DNA from: Phoronis australis
Lineage: Eukaryota; Animalia; Phoronida
Direction of reading: 5' to 3'
DNA: 64,000 nucleotides
Assembly: GCA_002633005.1 (NCBI GenBank)
Contig: NMRA01000282.1
Location: 271,748-335,747, forward strand
In this document: piece by piece, positions 40,126 to 53,240 of the stretch
Layout of the letters: each line of letters begins with the position of its first letter
How positions within the stretch are numbered: the stretch's first letter is position 1
Translations under genes and position numbers: made by a program
The notes under the pieces: model-generated
The model's input: only the letters and a program-made list of their open reading frames with translations
The model's database searches: none
Told to the model about the DNA's origin: nothing

Positions 40126-41313
40126 TAATAATCAATTAGCTAAGGGCAACAGAATTGGAAACAGGTATTTTGTTCCATTACTTTTTGGCTAACTTTATAA
40201 ATCCTTGTTACAGTATTCCTACATTATTTCGAGTATAATCTCACCTTCCACCACAAACAACAACTTCTCATTCAGACCAGTGTGCAAGCTATTGTTTGAG
40301 GCCAGGCTCTACAAGTTTGCTCGCCAGAGATTGATTTTACAGCGTAATTGGTATAAATTAAAAATTCACCTCGTCAACAGAACGCAGCCTCAACAACATA
40401 GAAGCAGAGTGCCAACATGCGTCCATGTACATTGCAAATGCCAAAAATATAAAGGGTACCAATTTTCCTAACAATTCTATGCACTAGAGAGAAGCGGTGG
40501 TGTACTTGAAAATGAGCCCACAGTGTACATTGGTAGTCATCCCAAAATTGGCAAAGATGCTCCTAGTAGATCTTAAAATTGACAGTAAGAAAACTAAAAT
40601 TAACGCAAAGGGGCACTGCAGCAGATGAATCCTTTCAGTAACTGATGCACGCTCTCCTGAATGAACAACATTTGTTATGCTTCGCCANAAAAAAAAAAAA
40701 AAAAAAAACTTGCTGTCAGAGCAACATACTTGGCGGAAGAATTCCGCCAAGTAATAATCAATTAGCTAAGGGCAACAGAATTGGAAACAAGTATTTTGTT
40801 CCATTACTTTTTGGCTAACTTTATAAATCCTTGTTACAGTATTCCTACATTATTTCGAGTATAATCTCACCTTCCACCACAAAAAACAACTTCTCATTCA
40901 GACCAGTGTGCAAGCTATTGTTTGAGGCCAGGCTCTACAAGTTTGCTCGCCAGAGATTGATTTTACAGTGTAATTGGTATAAATTAAAAATTCACCTCGT
41001 CAACAGAACGCAGCCTCAACAACATAGATGCAGAGTGCCAACATGCGTCCATGTACATTGCAAATGCCAAAAATATAAAGGGTGCCAATTTTCCTAACAA
41101 TTCTATGTACTAGAGAGAAGCGGTGGTGTACTTGAAAATGAGCCCACAGTGTACATTGGTAGTCATCCCAAAATTGGCAAAGATGCTCCTAGTAGATCTT
41201 AAAATTGACAGTAAGAAAACTAAAATTAACGCAAAGGGGCACTGCAGCAGATGAATCCTTTCAGTAACTGATGCACGCTCTCCTGAATGAACAACATTTG
41301 TTATGCTTTGCCA
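40126..41313. repeat. 562-bp tandem duplication (40126-40687 / 40752-41313) around an N gap
   Basis: Near-identical copies at offset 626. The N at 40688 is followed by poly(A) and a hairpin. Confidence 0.9.
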
Positions 41314-43649
41314 AGGAGTTTGGCAGACTGAGAGACAGATACCAAAGTGAATAATAATCTAAAAACACTCCCAACACAGGTCGCAACTGTATAAAATCTT
41401 ATCTGCCACATTTCATGCATATTCTACATCAAACTTCTTAAAATATTGATAGAAACTTCCCGCAACAGCCTCCAAATTTTTCTAAAAGTCGTCCTCATCT
41501 ATCGCCATGTGCCACAAACTCGCCGGATTTTTACGAATCCAACAATTGGAAAACAGATGGAATTTGGAATTGTTCGGCAAAAAATGACAGGATTTGACCA
41601 CGTGACAAAGACAAACAATGTTGTTCGATTGCTTATTTTAAATAGGAGCTAAAGGAGGGTGATTGTCCGCAGCCAGACCTGCAAATGCCCAACCATTTTT
41701 TCTGACTAGAGAACAGAAAAATAAGCAAGAAAACCGAAAGAGAAAAAATGACGCGACAGGGATATACCCAGGTTTCAAAACCCAGCTTGCCAGCTAGGTG
41801 AGTGAGCCACATAATCTACTCGCCCAGCCCGAAATTCAATTGCCTGGCCGTTAGCATCTGTCATCACAAACTTGCTGCCAGGGTCAATAAAAATCATCGT
41901 TTCGTGCGTTGATGTCACCATCTATTAGGGCTAGCGTATTCGCCCAGGGTGCTTAGAAAAATTCATTTCGGAAGGGGGGCCATTGTTCTAGCCTAAGGCA
42001 GTTGAAACCCGGTCTCCAACAACAGGTAAAATCAAATTTACGAGCTGTGACGTATCTGTAACCTATGACAGACTTTCAACAAAACTGCAGTGCATTGCTA
42101 ACAAACTTTGTTGTTAAATTACGATATATATTTTTTAAATGTGCTGACATCCCATGGCAAAAACTTGCCGACTGATGCGTCACTGCCTCGCAATTGTCGA
42201 TAGGGTAACTTGAATTCTTGAGTAAAAATACAGTTTCGACTCAACAAATTACCTGAAATTCTCCTCAAAGGAGAATGCCACCCAAAAATAACCTATTTTG
42301 TATCAATTTAGATCGAGTGGTTCCACTTGATAACAGCAAGAACGGTTCTTTTACCTGACACAAGACGACAGACAGAGGTGTCGAAATTAACCAATGACCT
42401 CAGAGGTTTGAACGTAGTCTGTTCAGCAGTTCACAATACGCTTACTGGTGTCAGCTTATCGATTGAATTCATCGTTTTACACCAAAAAATCAACAAAAGT
42501 CGATGTAAAACCCTTACAAATACATCAAGTTATTGAACAAATGTGTTGTTTTATTTTGCTGTTACAGATTTATAGGTATTGGAACATAGCGTAGCCTACA
42601 AGGTTCGGTAGGCCAATTTTCCAAGGTCGGTCGCGGGAGTTTTGTGCCCTGTTCGGAGATAAATTCGAATTATTCATCCTTGAAATACAGACAGGGGAAC
42701 ATAGCTGTGTGTTGTAATATTAGACTTGCGATTTTTTCAGTTCTAAACACACAAAAACGCTCGTTCTCCCAGCCAGTGGCTTGGAACCCGATCAGGCCCG
42801 TCGCGGCCGGCTTGAAGACATCACGAACATATACCAGCCAAGGTTAGAAACTAAACTTCCAGTCACAAAAAACTATACTAGTGAGCCAAAGGAATATTGT
42901 GCACATGTTTATTTTGGTGAATTAGACGCAAAACTGCAAATCTACTAACTAACTCGTCAGGGGCCGCAAAGTCAGGTTACCCTTCCATAGCAAAACCGTC
43001 AGGGCAAAAGTTGCACAGTAACAATGATTCGAATAATGTATACGAATATCTAAATAAAGATTTCCCTAACATCTGACCATTGGATATGCAATCGAGATAT
43101 CGTTTCACAACAGCTTTCTGTCAGCAAACACTGAATTAGCATGTGCTCAAATGGCCAACATGTGGAGAATTTCTTGCTTACACTGGTGACCAATCCGATT
43201 CCCTAAGCCCCAGACAACTTTTAGGATGCCTATTCAGCACGCCCTTTGTATTCCTGTAGATCTGAGCTAATGAAGTGGAAATGTAATTGCTAGCATTACT
43301 ATCTTTACAATGGTTGTTGTTAGTACCAATTTGGTTTTCTCTAAAATTTGCAGAGTTACAGCCCGCAACTCTGGAGAGTAGTTTTAACTTGGTACATCAT
43401 AAATATTACAAAATGACTAAAAAGGTTAACTTTGACTGTGTTTATCTTCACAAAGGGCCACTTCCCAAAGGAACGTTAAGTTTCATATTGGTTTTCTTTA
43501 TTTAATTTTTAATGCTTCTGCAAACTTGTTTTTTTTCTTACAGGGAACAGGTTGATAGCTTCGTTTATACCACAATATTAGTGCAAATGGCAAATACAAC
43601 CGTGTAATAACCCATTTGGTTATTTCACTACTGAGATAACACTTTGCGG

Positions 43650-43720
43650 GAAACCGAGGCCGGTTTCGAACCCAAGCCTCAAGAGTTTCGAGTCGCCGAC
43701 TTTACCACTACAACACACAG
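43650..43720 (-). repeat. tRNA-derived (SINE-head-like) sequence
   Basis: A-box-like gtagtggtaaa and B-box gggttcgaaacc. The cloverleaf is imperfect. Confidence 0.5.
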
Positions 43721-45579
43721 AGGATGACGTCATCGAACGTGAAAATAGAATACTTAAATGAGCACGCGCAACAATCGCATGTTCAGCAAAGGGCATAGTA
43801 CCGACATTTATACGCTATGAAAAATAAGACGCATAATTTCCATAAAAACAATATTTTAATTCAGTGAAATTTTTCTCTCGTGTTCTCTCACTTGTAAATC
43901 ACCGATCTCCAATTTGAATGCGGGTATCGCGTCATCGGAATCCTTTGACTTGAGTATTACACTCAGTTACTAGTGGTAACCTACTTTAGCAGACGATATA
44001 TTCCCGGTCGAAGCTTAGCGTGATAAAATGTGTAGTAAGCTATAATAGTTGCTAAACCTTAATTTATAGATGCACTATATTTCTATTTTGTTTAACTTTT
44101 CAGTTGGTTTTGAGTAAAAGCATTATTTGACATAAATAGCTCAGCTTTTCTTAAAAGGTCACAACCTCCGACCCCAGGCCCATTGGGCGATAATTCTCCA
44201 AAATCCACTCTGGCTCTAGATAACGGGGGATAACGACTTTGCCATGTAATAATCTATATATCCAAGTTTTAAGCTTGAAGTAACAAAATAGTGGTACATT
44301 TTGATCGCCAGCGAAACTTAATTAATTAAGTTCATTGTGAGCCCATCCCTAAAATTACCACATTACAGGTACACTAAACATTTCACGTGTCATTAAAGTT
44401 TAATCTTTATTAGAACTCAAATCATAAAATATATACAAAAGTGCAAATATGGTGATAACGAAACTGAAGATTTGGAATTTCTGGACAGTTTAGGTGGCAC
44501 TGACTATATAACTATTCTAGCTCTTTGTCAGTAATAAAAATGAAAAGTGGGCACAACTGTTCCCCGGTCAAAAATCTGGTTAAACGAGATTGAATGAATA
44601 TCAAAAAAATGAATCCACGTGATATTGTTAACTCTGATAAGCGTTTGTATATTCACTGAGTATATCAATACGCGCGGTAGTTTATCTTCAATCGTACCCA
44701 ATGGTTATATTATTAGTTCATCTATTTTTAAAAATTGAAAACCGTACTTGGCTGTTTTTTTTCCAGCTGAATACCGCCGTGGTGTTCGTTTATGACGAAA
44801 ATAAGTGGTTAATGCACTTTGAAAATTCACCATTATGTACAGTCAGAGATGTTTAATACAGTTTATGGTCCGATAATTACATTTAATTGGTTCTTGCTTG
44901 CATCGGCCAATGCGGACATCACAATTGTACCTGATTTCGGCGCCGCACTCTCTTCGATCCTGGTACAAACCGCTAACCGTAGAAATGCATGACTTCCTTG
45001 TAAGCGTATTATTCACAGTATGAAGGTGCCCAATCAGTTTGTTGTATCTTTGTTTAAGTTTTACATAAGCATTGCTTAGGGTGAGAATAATTCATTTTGA
45101 AACAAATAGCACAATAATAAACGTCAACCGTGTCAACTCGCCCGGCGCCAATCCCGACTTAGTCAAGAGCTCATCCGACGAAGACTTTACAGGTCGATCG
45201 TTAGGTTTCACAACCTATCAGTTCAAATCGAAATTCACTGATCAAGAAATACAAAAGAGGTGCCGTGAACATATGGATAGTTCCAAAAACCGTTTGAAAA
45301 GCGTAGATGTGTCCAACGGACCATCCCCATTTTGCACCACATCTACTTATGATGCTTATGATGTTTTTGGGAAAAAGAACTGGCGAAAACATCCTACACC
45401 CAGAGGTCCACACAGAAGCCTGACGAACGAGTAAGTCATCAAACAGGTTATATAAAATGTTATGTTTTCATACCTTGAACTAATTGTAATTGTTTAATAT
45501 GTTTCCATGGCCAGCTACAATTCTCCATAATCAAAAACTGACCTACAACCGATCCGCGTTGTTTTGTCTCCAGCCTACC

Positions 45580-45886
45580 GAACCCAAACACACTAGGCAC
45601 TACGTTTGACTTCATACTCAGTCTCTTTTTCTGTCCTGGCATGAGCTGTTTGGTAAGGCGGCATTCGATCGTCAGTGAAATCACTGTAGACGAAATGCCG
45701 GCCACAAACACAGAGAAGTTTCACGGCCTCATACTTAATTGGTATTACGGCGTACTTTTCATTCTTCACTACCGCGAACCATTTCCAAAGCATTGTGTGC
45801 TCTAGAGGAAATCGAAAAAAAAGCGATATATCTGCTTTCCTCGTAGCTTCATAGTTCACACAAGCGGGAACGATACACCACTCCAT
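45580..45886 (-). pseudogene. THAP-domain relic
   Basis: WCIVPACVN..FFRFP..W..VCGRHF..DF, then after a frameshift NVVPSVF. Confidence 0.8.
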
Positions 45887-46369
45887 AGCGGCACTCACTC
45901 TGCAGAAGAACCACTGATGTCGCTGAGTTGTTTCTCACAGGTTAACGCGACACCTCTCGGCGAGGTGAGATTGACCGTATACGAGGTGATGTGGATATAG
46001 ACCGATTAAGACGGTATAAAAAGACGAATTAAATCGGGTGACATTCTCATTTAAGTTGTCCAAATAGCGGGATTAACCGCATTCCAAATATGGACTAGAT
46101 TGCACCCCGCAACAAGCAAAAAATCTGGACGAACACACGTTGTTGTCACGTGACGTTTGTTTTGAAGTTAGTCTGCAGTTGTGCGCCGAGTGAGCGAACA
46201 CGTGCTTGTCATCAGAGTTCATTTGCCAGAGTCAGTAGCAGGCCCACATAGTAACTTATATGTGGGCCCTAGCACGCACTTCTTGGCCAAGTGCTCATTA
46301 ACAGTGGTCAAGTTTCGATTCGCGGTTTTACGTACAAAAGTAATCTGCATTCCTGTTGAAGGAGAAGAG

Positions 46370-46740
46370 CTGTACGGGAAAGATGCAACATAATCCCGTT
46401 GACAAGTATGCTGCGTCTGTTCTGAAAGACCTGGCCATAGTGGGACACGTTCCTCACAAGATCAGCAGAACTTTTGCGTTCTTTTTGAATTGTACAGCCA
46501 CAGCTTAATTCCCTATATAGCAGTGAGGCTCGTGGTCTAGAAATTCGGTAGACGATGATTTTTTTTGACTGTCAGAAATTATTGATATATTGAAGACATT
46601 ACTATGGAATTTTAAAACTGTAGGTAAGGCATTTTTCACATATGTACACGTTCATGGACTGGACTCTTATTTTAGCGAAGTCTGAAAACGAGTGCAGGGG
46701 GTCGCTTATAGGGGCATGGGCGCTTATTAGGACGAATGCT
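46370..46740 (+). mobile_element. HIRAN-domain relic plus terminus of a pogo/Tc2-like element
   Basis: HNPVDKYAASVLKD.AIVGHVPHKISRTFAFFL, followed by the terminus shared with 32983-33090. Confidence 0.6.
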
Positions 46741-47579
46741 ATTATTTATAAAATAATTTTTGGCTAAAATGACATTGCATTGTACATTACAATAAGAAAT
46801 CAGTTCCAAGAATGATGGTATTTCAATTGCTGCGAGCACATGGACCGGTCTTCCGCCTTTCCCCCCTTTTTCTTCATTTCGGACTAGTCCACAAATTCCT
46901 TTGTGCACGACCACACACTGTGCTTTTGTCTAGACATCTACTGAATTGGTAGGATCGCTGTGTGCCAAGGTTTACTGCCGGAGCATCAACACGCTGACTA
47001 AATTGAACCTTAAATTTGTGATAAAAACAGCACAAGCAGGAGAAAATTTATTCACGTTCACCTGTGAAACGACAGTGTTTTTGCGCTCTGAAAATTCGCT
47101 CGCTGCCTGAGCGACCGGCAAGTCAACTTCTACTCACCCAGCAACATTTTACTCGCATTCATCCGGTATTGCTAATTTCATTGTCAAAGTCACATTAGCT
47201 GGAAAAAGTTACCGGGGCTGTGGCGCAAACCTTCGCCCGGTACCACAGGTCAGCATCATTCATTGGTCGCCAAATAACAGAACATCTGTGTTTCAATCCA
47301 GTCTCACCGATTTAGAACAGATTTTGATGAACATTTAATGTAATAAAGGATGATACATTCACAACAAACCAACTCTATTAACAACATGATCAAATCATAT
47401 TTGATATAAATGTTTGCGATGACATCAACTCAAAAGCACTGTTTTCTCATTATATTATTTCGTTTTCGTTTGATATAACTTCTAGCCGAAGAGTTCTTTC
47501 ATGAAAATCATGAAAGTCCTGTTTTTGGATTGCCCCTCTCGCTAGAACATTTTGAAAAGAATCCCCTAAAGCAATCCGA

Positions 47580-48318
47580 GAACTGCGCATAAATCATAAT
47601 ATTCGTACAGCTCGGCAGCAAACCTTCGTTAACACAAACTCTGCTGAAGACACGACTGGACTTTTTGTTTGACAGCTTAACACAGACTCGCTTGTAGTGT
47701 CTAAACAATCTTATTTCTTCAGCCGTGCATCTATGTAGCAAAACACCGAGAGACATAACAAACAAATTAAAACACTAGCTATATTTCGGGACCGCGTGTC
47801 TCAACATCAGGCAATGAGTGAAATTAACATACACAAAGTGAAATAAACAAAGAAATTCACAGTGAAAGCAGGTAGAGGGGTATACAAGCAGAGAGTGTGA
47901 ATGTATTACACGGTAGGAAGACCACAACCCTATCGAAATAGAGCCAGCGTGCCGTACACACCAGTGAGCTGCTCATTCAGCACAGGTTTTTCATGACTTA
48001 TCAATAGGGACTCCAAAATCTGTGGATGAGTAGCTCACAGGTGTGTACCACACACTGGCTTTGTTTTGTTAGGCTTATTGGCTTCCTACCGTGTGACATA
48101 GTCAAAAACTCTTCTGCTTGTATTCCAATCTACCTGCTGTTAATTCTGTTCATAAATTGCCCGATGATGAGACATATGGTCTCAAAAGATAGCTAGTGTT
48201 TTAATTTGTTTGTTACGTCTCTCGGTGTTTTGCTATAGCTGCATGCCTGAAGAAAGTAGATTGCTTAGAGACACTACGAGCGAGTCTGTATTAAGCTGTC
48301 AAACAAGAAGTCCACTCA
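47580..48318. mobile_element. Penelope-like inverted pseudo-LTR pair (long imperfect palindrome)
   Basis: Arms ~47655-47990 and ~48005-48318 are reverse complements. Each has a degenerate CTGATGA..GAAA core and a PLE-like ORF start (IRLFRHY.RVC.KL..F..VC.NEGLLP..TNI). Confidence 0.75.
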
Positions 48319-48477
48319 ACAAAGCATAGTATCTGAAACTCCATATGACTTCGATCAGCCACCTGCGAGATGCAATGTTTTAAAGTTAGCCAAATATGGA
48401 CATTTTTAAGGGTCCTACAAAACAGAGTTATACATCTAGTAGAATGAATGTTCATGTCACTGAGTTATGTTCATCAC

Positions 48478-48629
48478 CTGCATCATCAGCCATCAGCAAC
48501 ATGTAGCCAAATAGTTTGTACTCAGCCATTTTGATGTCCAGCCAAGCTACAAAGTCCGGGATCTCATCTGGTGTTGCTTCCTGGACCATAGTGCAGAAGC
48601 ATGCCCGAAGGTTTCGCTTGAGGGTCACC
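48478..48629 (-). CDS. Host gene L, exon encoding the shared N-terminal domain (ends phase 1)
   Basis: Acceptor tttctgtttatag, donor GTGATG. NLRACFCTMVQEATPDEIPDFVAWLDIKMAEYKLFGYMLL is paralogous to 55521-55662. Start codon unresolved. Confidence 0.85.
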
Positions 48630-49026
48630 CTATAAACAGAAATTAGGTTATAACATGGGCAAAGGATGATTACAGCACTACATATCATAATACTTAAGTT
48701 CACACAACGAGTTACCCCAGAACAAGTTATTCCAAGAATGAGTTGTTGCTATTAATAGAATTATGGTATTTGAGCTGGGGACAATTTAGTACACGTGGAA
48801 AAACATACCACATCTTACTGAAGTAGGGTAACTTGTAACATAACTTATTTTAGAACAAGTTGCAGGGTGGATGTATATAATGACTATCGTCTCTACCCAG
48901 AGTAGTGACGATGAAGCTCCTATAAGGGCTCCATACGTCGGAAGCTTTTCGGCGAATTATGCGTCGCACTGACTAAAACATCAAAGCCACATTGTTATAA
49001 ATACCTTTTGCGCTTAGAGGGACACC

Positions 49027-50961
49027 CAGGGCTCGACATTAAAGGTAGTCCGACTGCCCGGGACAACCAATTTGTTGGTCCGGACAAGCTCATGGCCGAA
49101 CAGCTTGTCCGACAGGACAAGTCAATGAATTTTTCTGCGAACGTTCTCTGCACAAAATTAAGATTCCAAAACGTGCGCAACTCGCTTACTTTTCTGTGAC
49201 AATCAATCAGGTTTAGCGGAACCGGGATCTTGCCTTACTATGGCGGTAAAATACCCGTATTCTCATGGCCTTTACTGAAGGAGACACAACTCATGTTGGC
49301 ATGTACTGATCATGACTGAGACAGCACTGCAGAAGAACCAGCAATGCAGTTCTTGACAGTTATATCATGTCCGTGGCCAATCTTTCTGTGATTCCCCGTG
49401 ACAGTACACGAAGCATAACCAACCTGAGCATTGAAATAAGAAAAGACATGGTCCATTGTGACAAGCCAACTTGTGCTGCTTTTCCGTCTTGGTTAAACGC
49501 ATGTTTTTAATGACTTTCTCTCCAGACACCAACATGGAAGCGCCCAACCAAAGGCAAGAGCCCAAAAAATCAACTTGTCATTAGTGCAAGTCGAACATTT
49601 TGTCCATGTTCTACGTGGTCAAAAACTTTTTTTGTTTGAACTTTTGATTTGCCTGATGACTTTTACAAGATGTATTTTTGCTTCATTATTTTGACAGCTG
49701 ACCGAGTACCCCTATTGCCTAATAGTAGTATGGTCCGATTGTTGAGCACGTGCTTTGAACGACAGCGGTGTTGGCTTTGAACGACAGCGGTGTTGGCTTT
49801 GAACTCAAAAAGAAATATACAATGTATATAAAAATTAAAATGTTACATTGTTCAAAGTATTCAATAAGAAGACCTGTCAATCATTAGCTGTGCTTGGTTG
49901 CCTAAGTATCCAGGAAATCTTTATACAATCAAGTGCTTCCCTTAAAAATACACCGCAAACTAGTGGAGTCTTGCTTGATCTGTCTTTTCTCTCAAGAAAC
50001 TTTCCCTACTGAACACACGCCTACCTGTAGGAATACCTTAGTTCTAAGAGATGACCAGCAACGACTGAGGTACGTAAAAATCCAGTCACGCTCAGGATCA
50101 CGACGCCACTGTATCGTGTGCACAGGCTGTCGAAGTCTGTTACTTCAATCCCCCAACCTATATTTTAACTGATATGCTTGAAGTCCGACGTCAGTGTATC
50201 TCCGTTCAGGAGAAATCGGTCCTCCGTGCAATAAGCAACAACTCCTGACTTTTCCAAAATTTCGATTTTAACCGCCCATGCTCGGCTTACAGTCCACCCC
50301 GTTTTTTAGATTCCCAATTTAAGCGCCCAGGGCGGTAACGCGGACGAGTACGGTAGTTAGTTTGCATATGGTTTCAAGTCAAGGAGTTCTGATCTTGCAA
50401 CTGGTAACCAAACCAAAGGGCGCGAAATCACCAAGCAACAGTATGAAACTGATAAACGAAAACAGGAATTAATTCCGAAATGAAAGAAATATTTTGGCTG
50501 GTTACCGTACGGTTTGATAGCGACCAGAACTAAAATGTGTTGTCTCATGTGAAAAATACATCGACGCAAACAGTTCATCTGTTGCGTCTGGGTCAGATGT
50601 GTTCAGAATCGAGTCTTTGAAGTCATGAACAGTCGACGGCTCACTCACAGCATATAAAAATACATTATATAACTGAATTGAAAAGCCAGGGTAAAGTTGT
50701 AGCGTGTTCACTGGTGAAATCCAAATACAAATACCCACTTCAATAAACTTGTGCAAAATTTAAATGTCGTGTAATATATGCTCTTATACATGTTTATTGG
50801 GCTTGTGCTAACAGGTATAATGTGCGACATTCATATGCGTTTGAAAAGTATAATGTGAGTTTAATTATCTTTGGACAAGTGTCTTATGGGTCAGGACAAG
50901 TAAATTCCATTTCTACTTGTCCGACTGGACAAGTTAAAATAAAAGTTAATGTCGAGCCCTG
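49027..50961. mobile_element. hAT5-like non-autonomous element inserted in the left TIR of the Academ-like element
   Basis: Perfect 16-bp TIR CAGGGCTCGACATTAA. 5-bp TSD ACACC at 49022-26 and 50962-66. Confidence 0.85.
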
Positions 50962-51155
50962 ACACCTTAGGAGGTTGTTGATGTGTGTAATTCCTTCCAA
51001 CTCGAACAAATACTTTTTCTTCGAGCAGTCCCTCGTTCAGTTCCCAAAATCGGGAACTCACCATTTTTACACTGCGCACGCTCCAATTTTTACTACGCCC
51101 ACTAGGTGTTATGACGTCATGACCTCAATCTTTTAAATAGACTAAAGGTGAAAAC

Positions 51156-51594
51156 ATGCAGTCTTGTCAATCAAATGTTTATTTCCAAAATGCCACGCAA
51201 TGTCTTAGGCAGCCAAACAACAATTCAGTTCAGATTGACGTGGATGGTGAGAGACGTTGCATGAATTGTAACGAACCTTTTAAAAACCCAAAAGGTCTCC
51301 TAAGGACATTGAAATATGGAGGCATAACCACAGAGATGGCGTTACGCGAAAACTTAGGAATATTTGCTTCCCCCGCTAAAGACAAGAAGTCGATTTGTGA
51401 GAAAGCGCTGTGTAATACTTGTTTTTCTTGTCTCGGGGGAATTGTTAACACTCAAATAAAGCTTAAAGAGCAGAAAGAGATTTTCACATCCAGACGTCAG
51501 AACAAAACGTATCTCTTTGAAAAGGCAGAGGATTATAGAAAGGAAGAAACAAAAAGAAAACAGCAATCGAACAACCGGCAAGAAAAAAAAGAAA
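51156..51594 (+). pseudogene. ZAD-like C4 zinc-domain exon of the Academ-like element
   Basis: CMNC..~50 aa..LCNTCFSCL..IV..QIKLKEQK helix, with a probable donor at ~51595. No catalytic part present. Confidence 0.5.
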
Positions 51595-52999
51595 GGTACT
51601 TTTATGCAAAGTTGTTGTTTTCTGTAAGCTTCATTACGAGTTTCGTGTTAAATTACTGGCCACTGCGTGAGTTCCTGTTGTGGTATTTGTCCAGCCTCAA
51701 ACTGAGACCGTGTTTAAGAGGAAAAACGCATTACGCTATATAATTATTGAAATGGGTCCCAAATGCCTGTGAATATGGCAAAATGACAACCAAGCTGTTT
51801 TACTATTTGCGAATGGCGTTCCCAACAGAAATATATAAGGTAAATATCATGCGCGCACCCAGGGGGGCTTGGGAGGCTCAAACGAGCCCTCCCCATTTGG
51901 CGAAATGGGCAAAAAAGTCCGCCTCAGAGAAACAAGTGGACGGAGACTTCAGCTTTCAAAGTTTGCCGGTTAAGACCGCAGCTTCTGACCTTCGGCCTGG
52001 TCAAAAGAATGGGATCATATCCCTTGGCATGCGCAGACTGAAAATGGTAAGTTCCCGATTTTGGTAACTGAACAAGGGACTGCTCGAAGAAAAAGTTTGA
52101 AAACGGGAGTATTTGTTCGAGTTGAATGGATTTGAAAACATCGCCAACCTCCTAAGGTGTCCCTCTATGCATAAAAGGTATTTATAGCAACGTGACTTTG
52201 ATGTTTTAGTTAGTGCGAGGCATAATACGCCGAAAAGCTTCCGGCGTATGGAGCCCTTATAGGAGCTTCATTGTCTCTACTCTGGATAGACGATAGTCAC
52301 TATCTAGTGTGGATGCAGACACAGCGGAAGTAATTACCAGCTCTGTATGGACACTCAGCTGAACAGGGGCAAGTTCCTCGTGGGTGAATTGTTCTGGCAT
52401 TTCTTCTGCTAGCGAATATACTAGCGATAACGCTAATATTTTTGCCAGCATGTGAAGCACATACAAGTCAGCATTTGCAGCATAGCAATTTGTTTTTGCA
52501 TCAAATTATTGAAAACTTATAATATAAGCGTTAAAACTCAAATCAGTCCTATCTCCAACCCAGATCAAATTACACCACTTATATAGGACATAGTAATTGA
52601 AAAACTTTGAAATGCATGCAAGAACACTTAGTAAGATAAAAGTTAATAAAGTTAATTTTTTATGAACAAAACCTATTTACTTAAAATGTGCTATTTTCCA
52701 TAAAAGAGTAGGCCTACTTTAGGAAACTTCTACCGTATTTATTGGGAAATGCATTTAGCCTACCAGGGAAGCCGCCCACCACCACGTCACGGCTCTCACC
52801 ACTGGCCGCTGACACTGCACCAGACCTGTCACCAGTGGCAGTGCCGCTGACACTGAATCATCCACCACTACACAACTACAAGTTCAACCACAACGAAAAT
52901 GAACTGGTCTATAAACAAAGACAAAGTCTACAAGCCGTGCATTAGTAAACAACTGTAACGAACACAACCCTTCAGAAATAACAAGCAAGTCTGCAAAAC

Positions 53000-53240
53000 A
53001 AGAAAAATAATCACCCTGAATCTGTAGGCCTACCAACAGAACTCATCCCGCGGCTCTGACTGCGGGTGTTGTTCTTTAAACACGAGGCTACTTTGACGCC
53101 GCCTGGTGGTAGCAGCGCCGTTTGCACGCCATATTGAATTCTTTGTTTGCAACTGAGGCGGTGTCTTTGTTCAAAGTATTTTTAGTCGCGAAAATCGCCC
53201 GTTAGAGCGGTGATTATTTTCTGAAACTTGTGAGAGGTAA
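53000..53240. promoter_or_regulatory. Candidate bidirectional promoter with non-coding first exons
   Basis: CpG-richer patch between the divergent paralogs. Plus-strand donor GAG|GTAAGA at 53237, candidate minus-strand donor at 53014. CTCF-like CCACCAGGCGGCG on the minus strand at ~53097-53109. Confidence 0.6.

Larger units (their letters stand above)
42269..46050 (-). mobile_element. Kolobok-like deletion derivative
   Basis: Termini AGGAGAATGCCACCC and GGGTGACATTCTCAT match at 13/15. Flanks TCAA and TTAA. THAP relic near the right end. Confidence 0.6.
48874..52306. mobile_element. Academ-like (AcademH-type) element with long TIRs
   Basis: TIRs of roughly 270 bp once the nested insertion is removed. 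Termini TA(T/G)ATA(A/G)TGACTATCG. 9-bp TSD gggtggatg / gtgtggatg (8/9). Internal C4 zinc-binding ORF. Confidence 0.75.

Noticed and set aside
43650-43720. Functional tRNA gene
   Set aside because: A and B boxes are present but the acceptor and anticodon stems pair poorly. More likely TE-derived.
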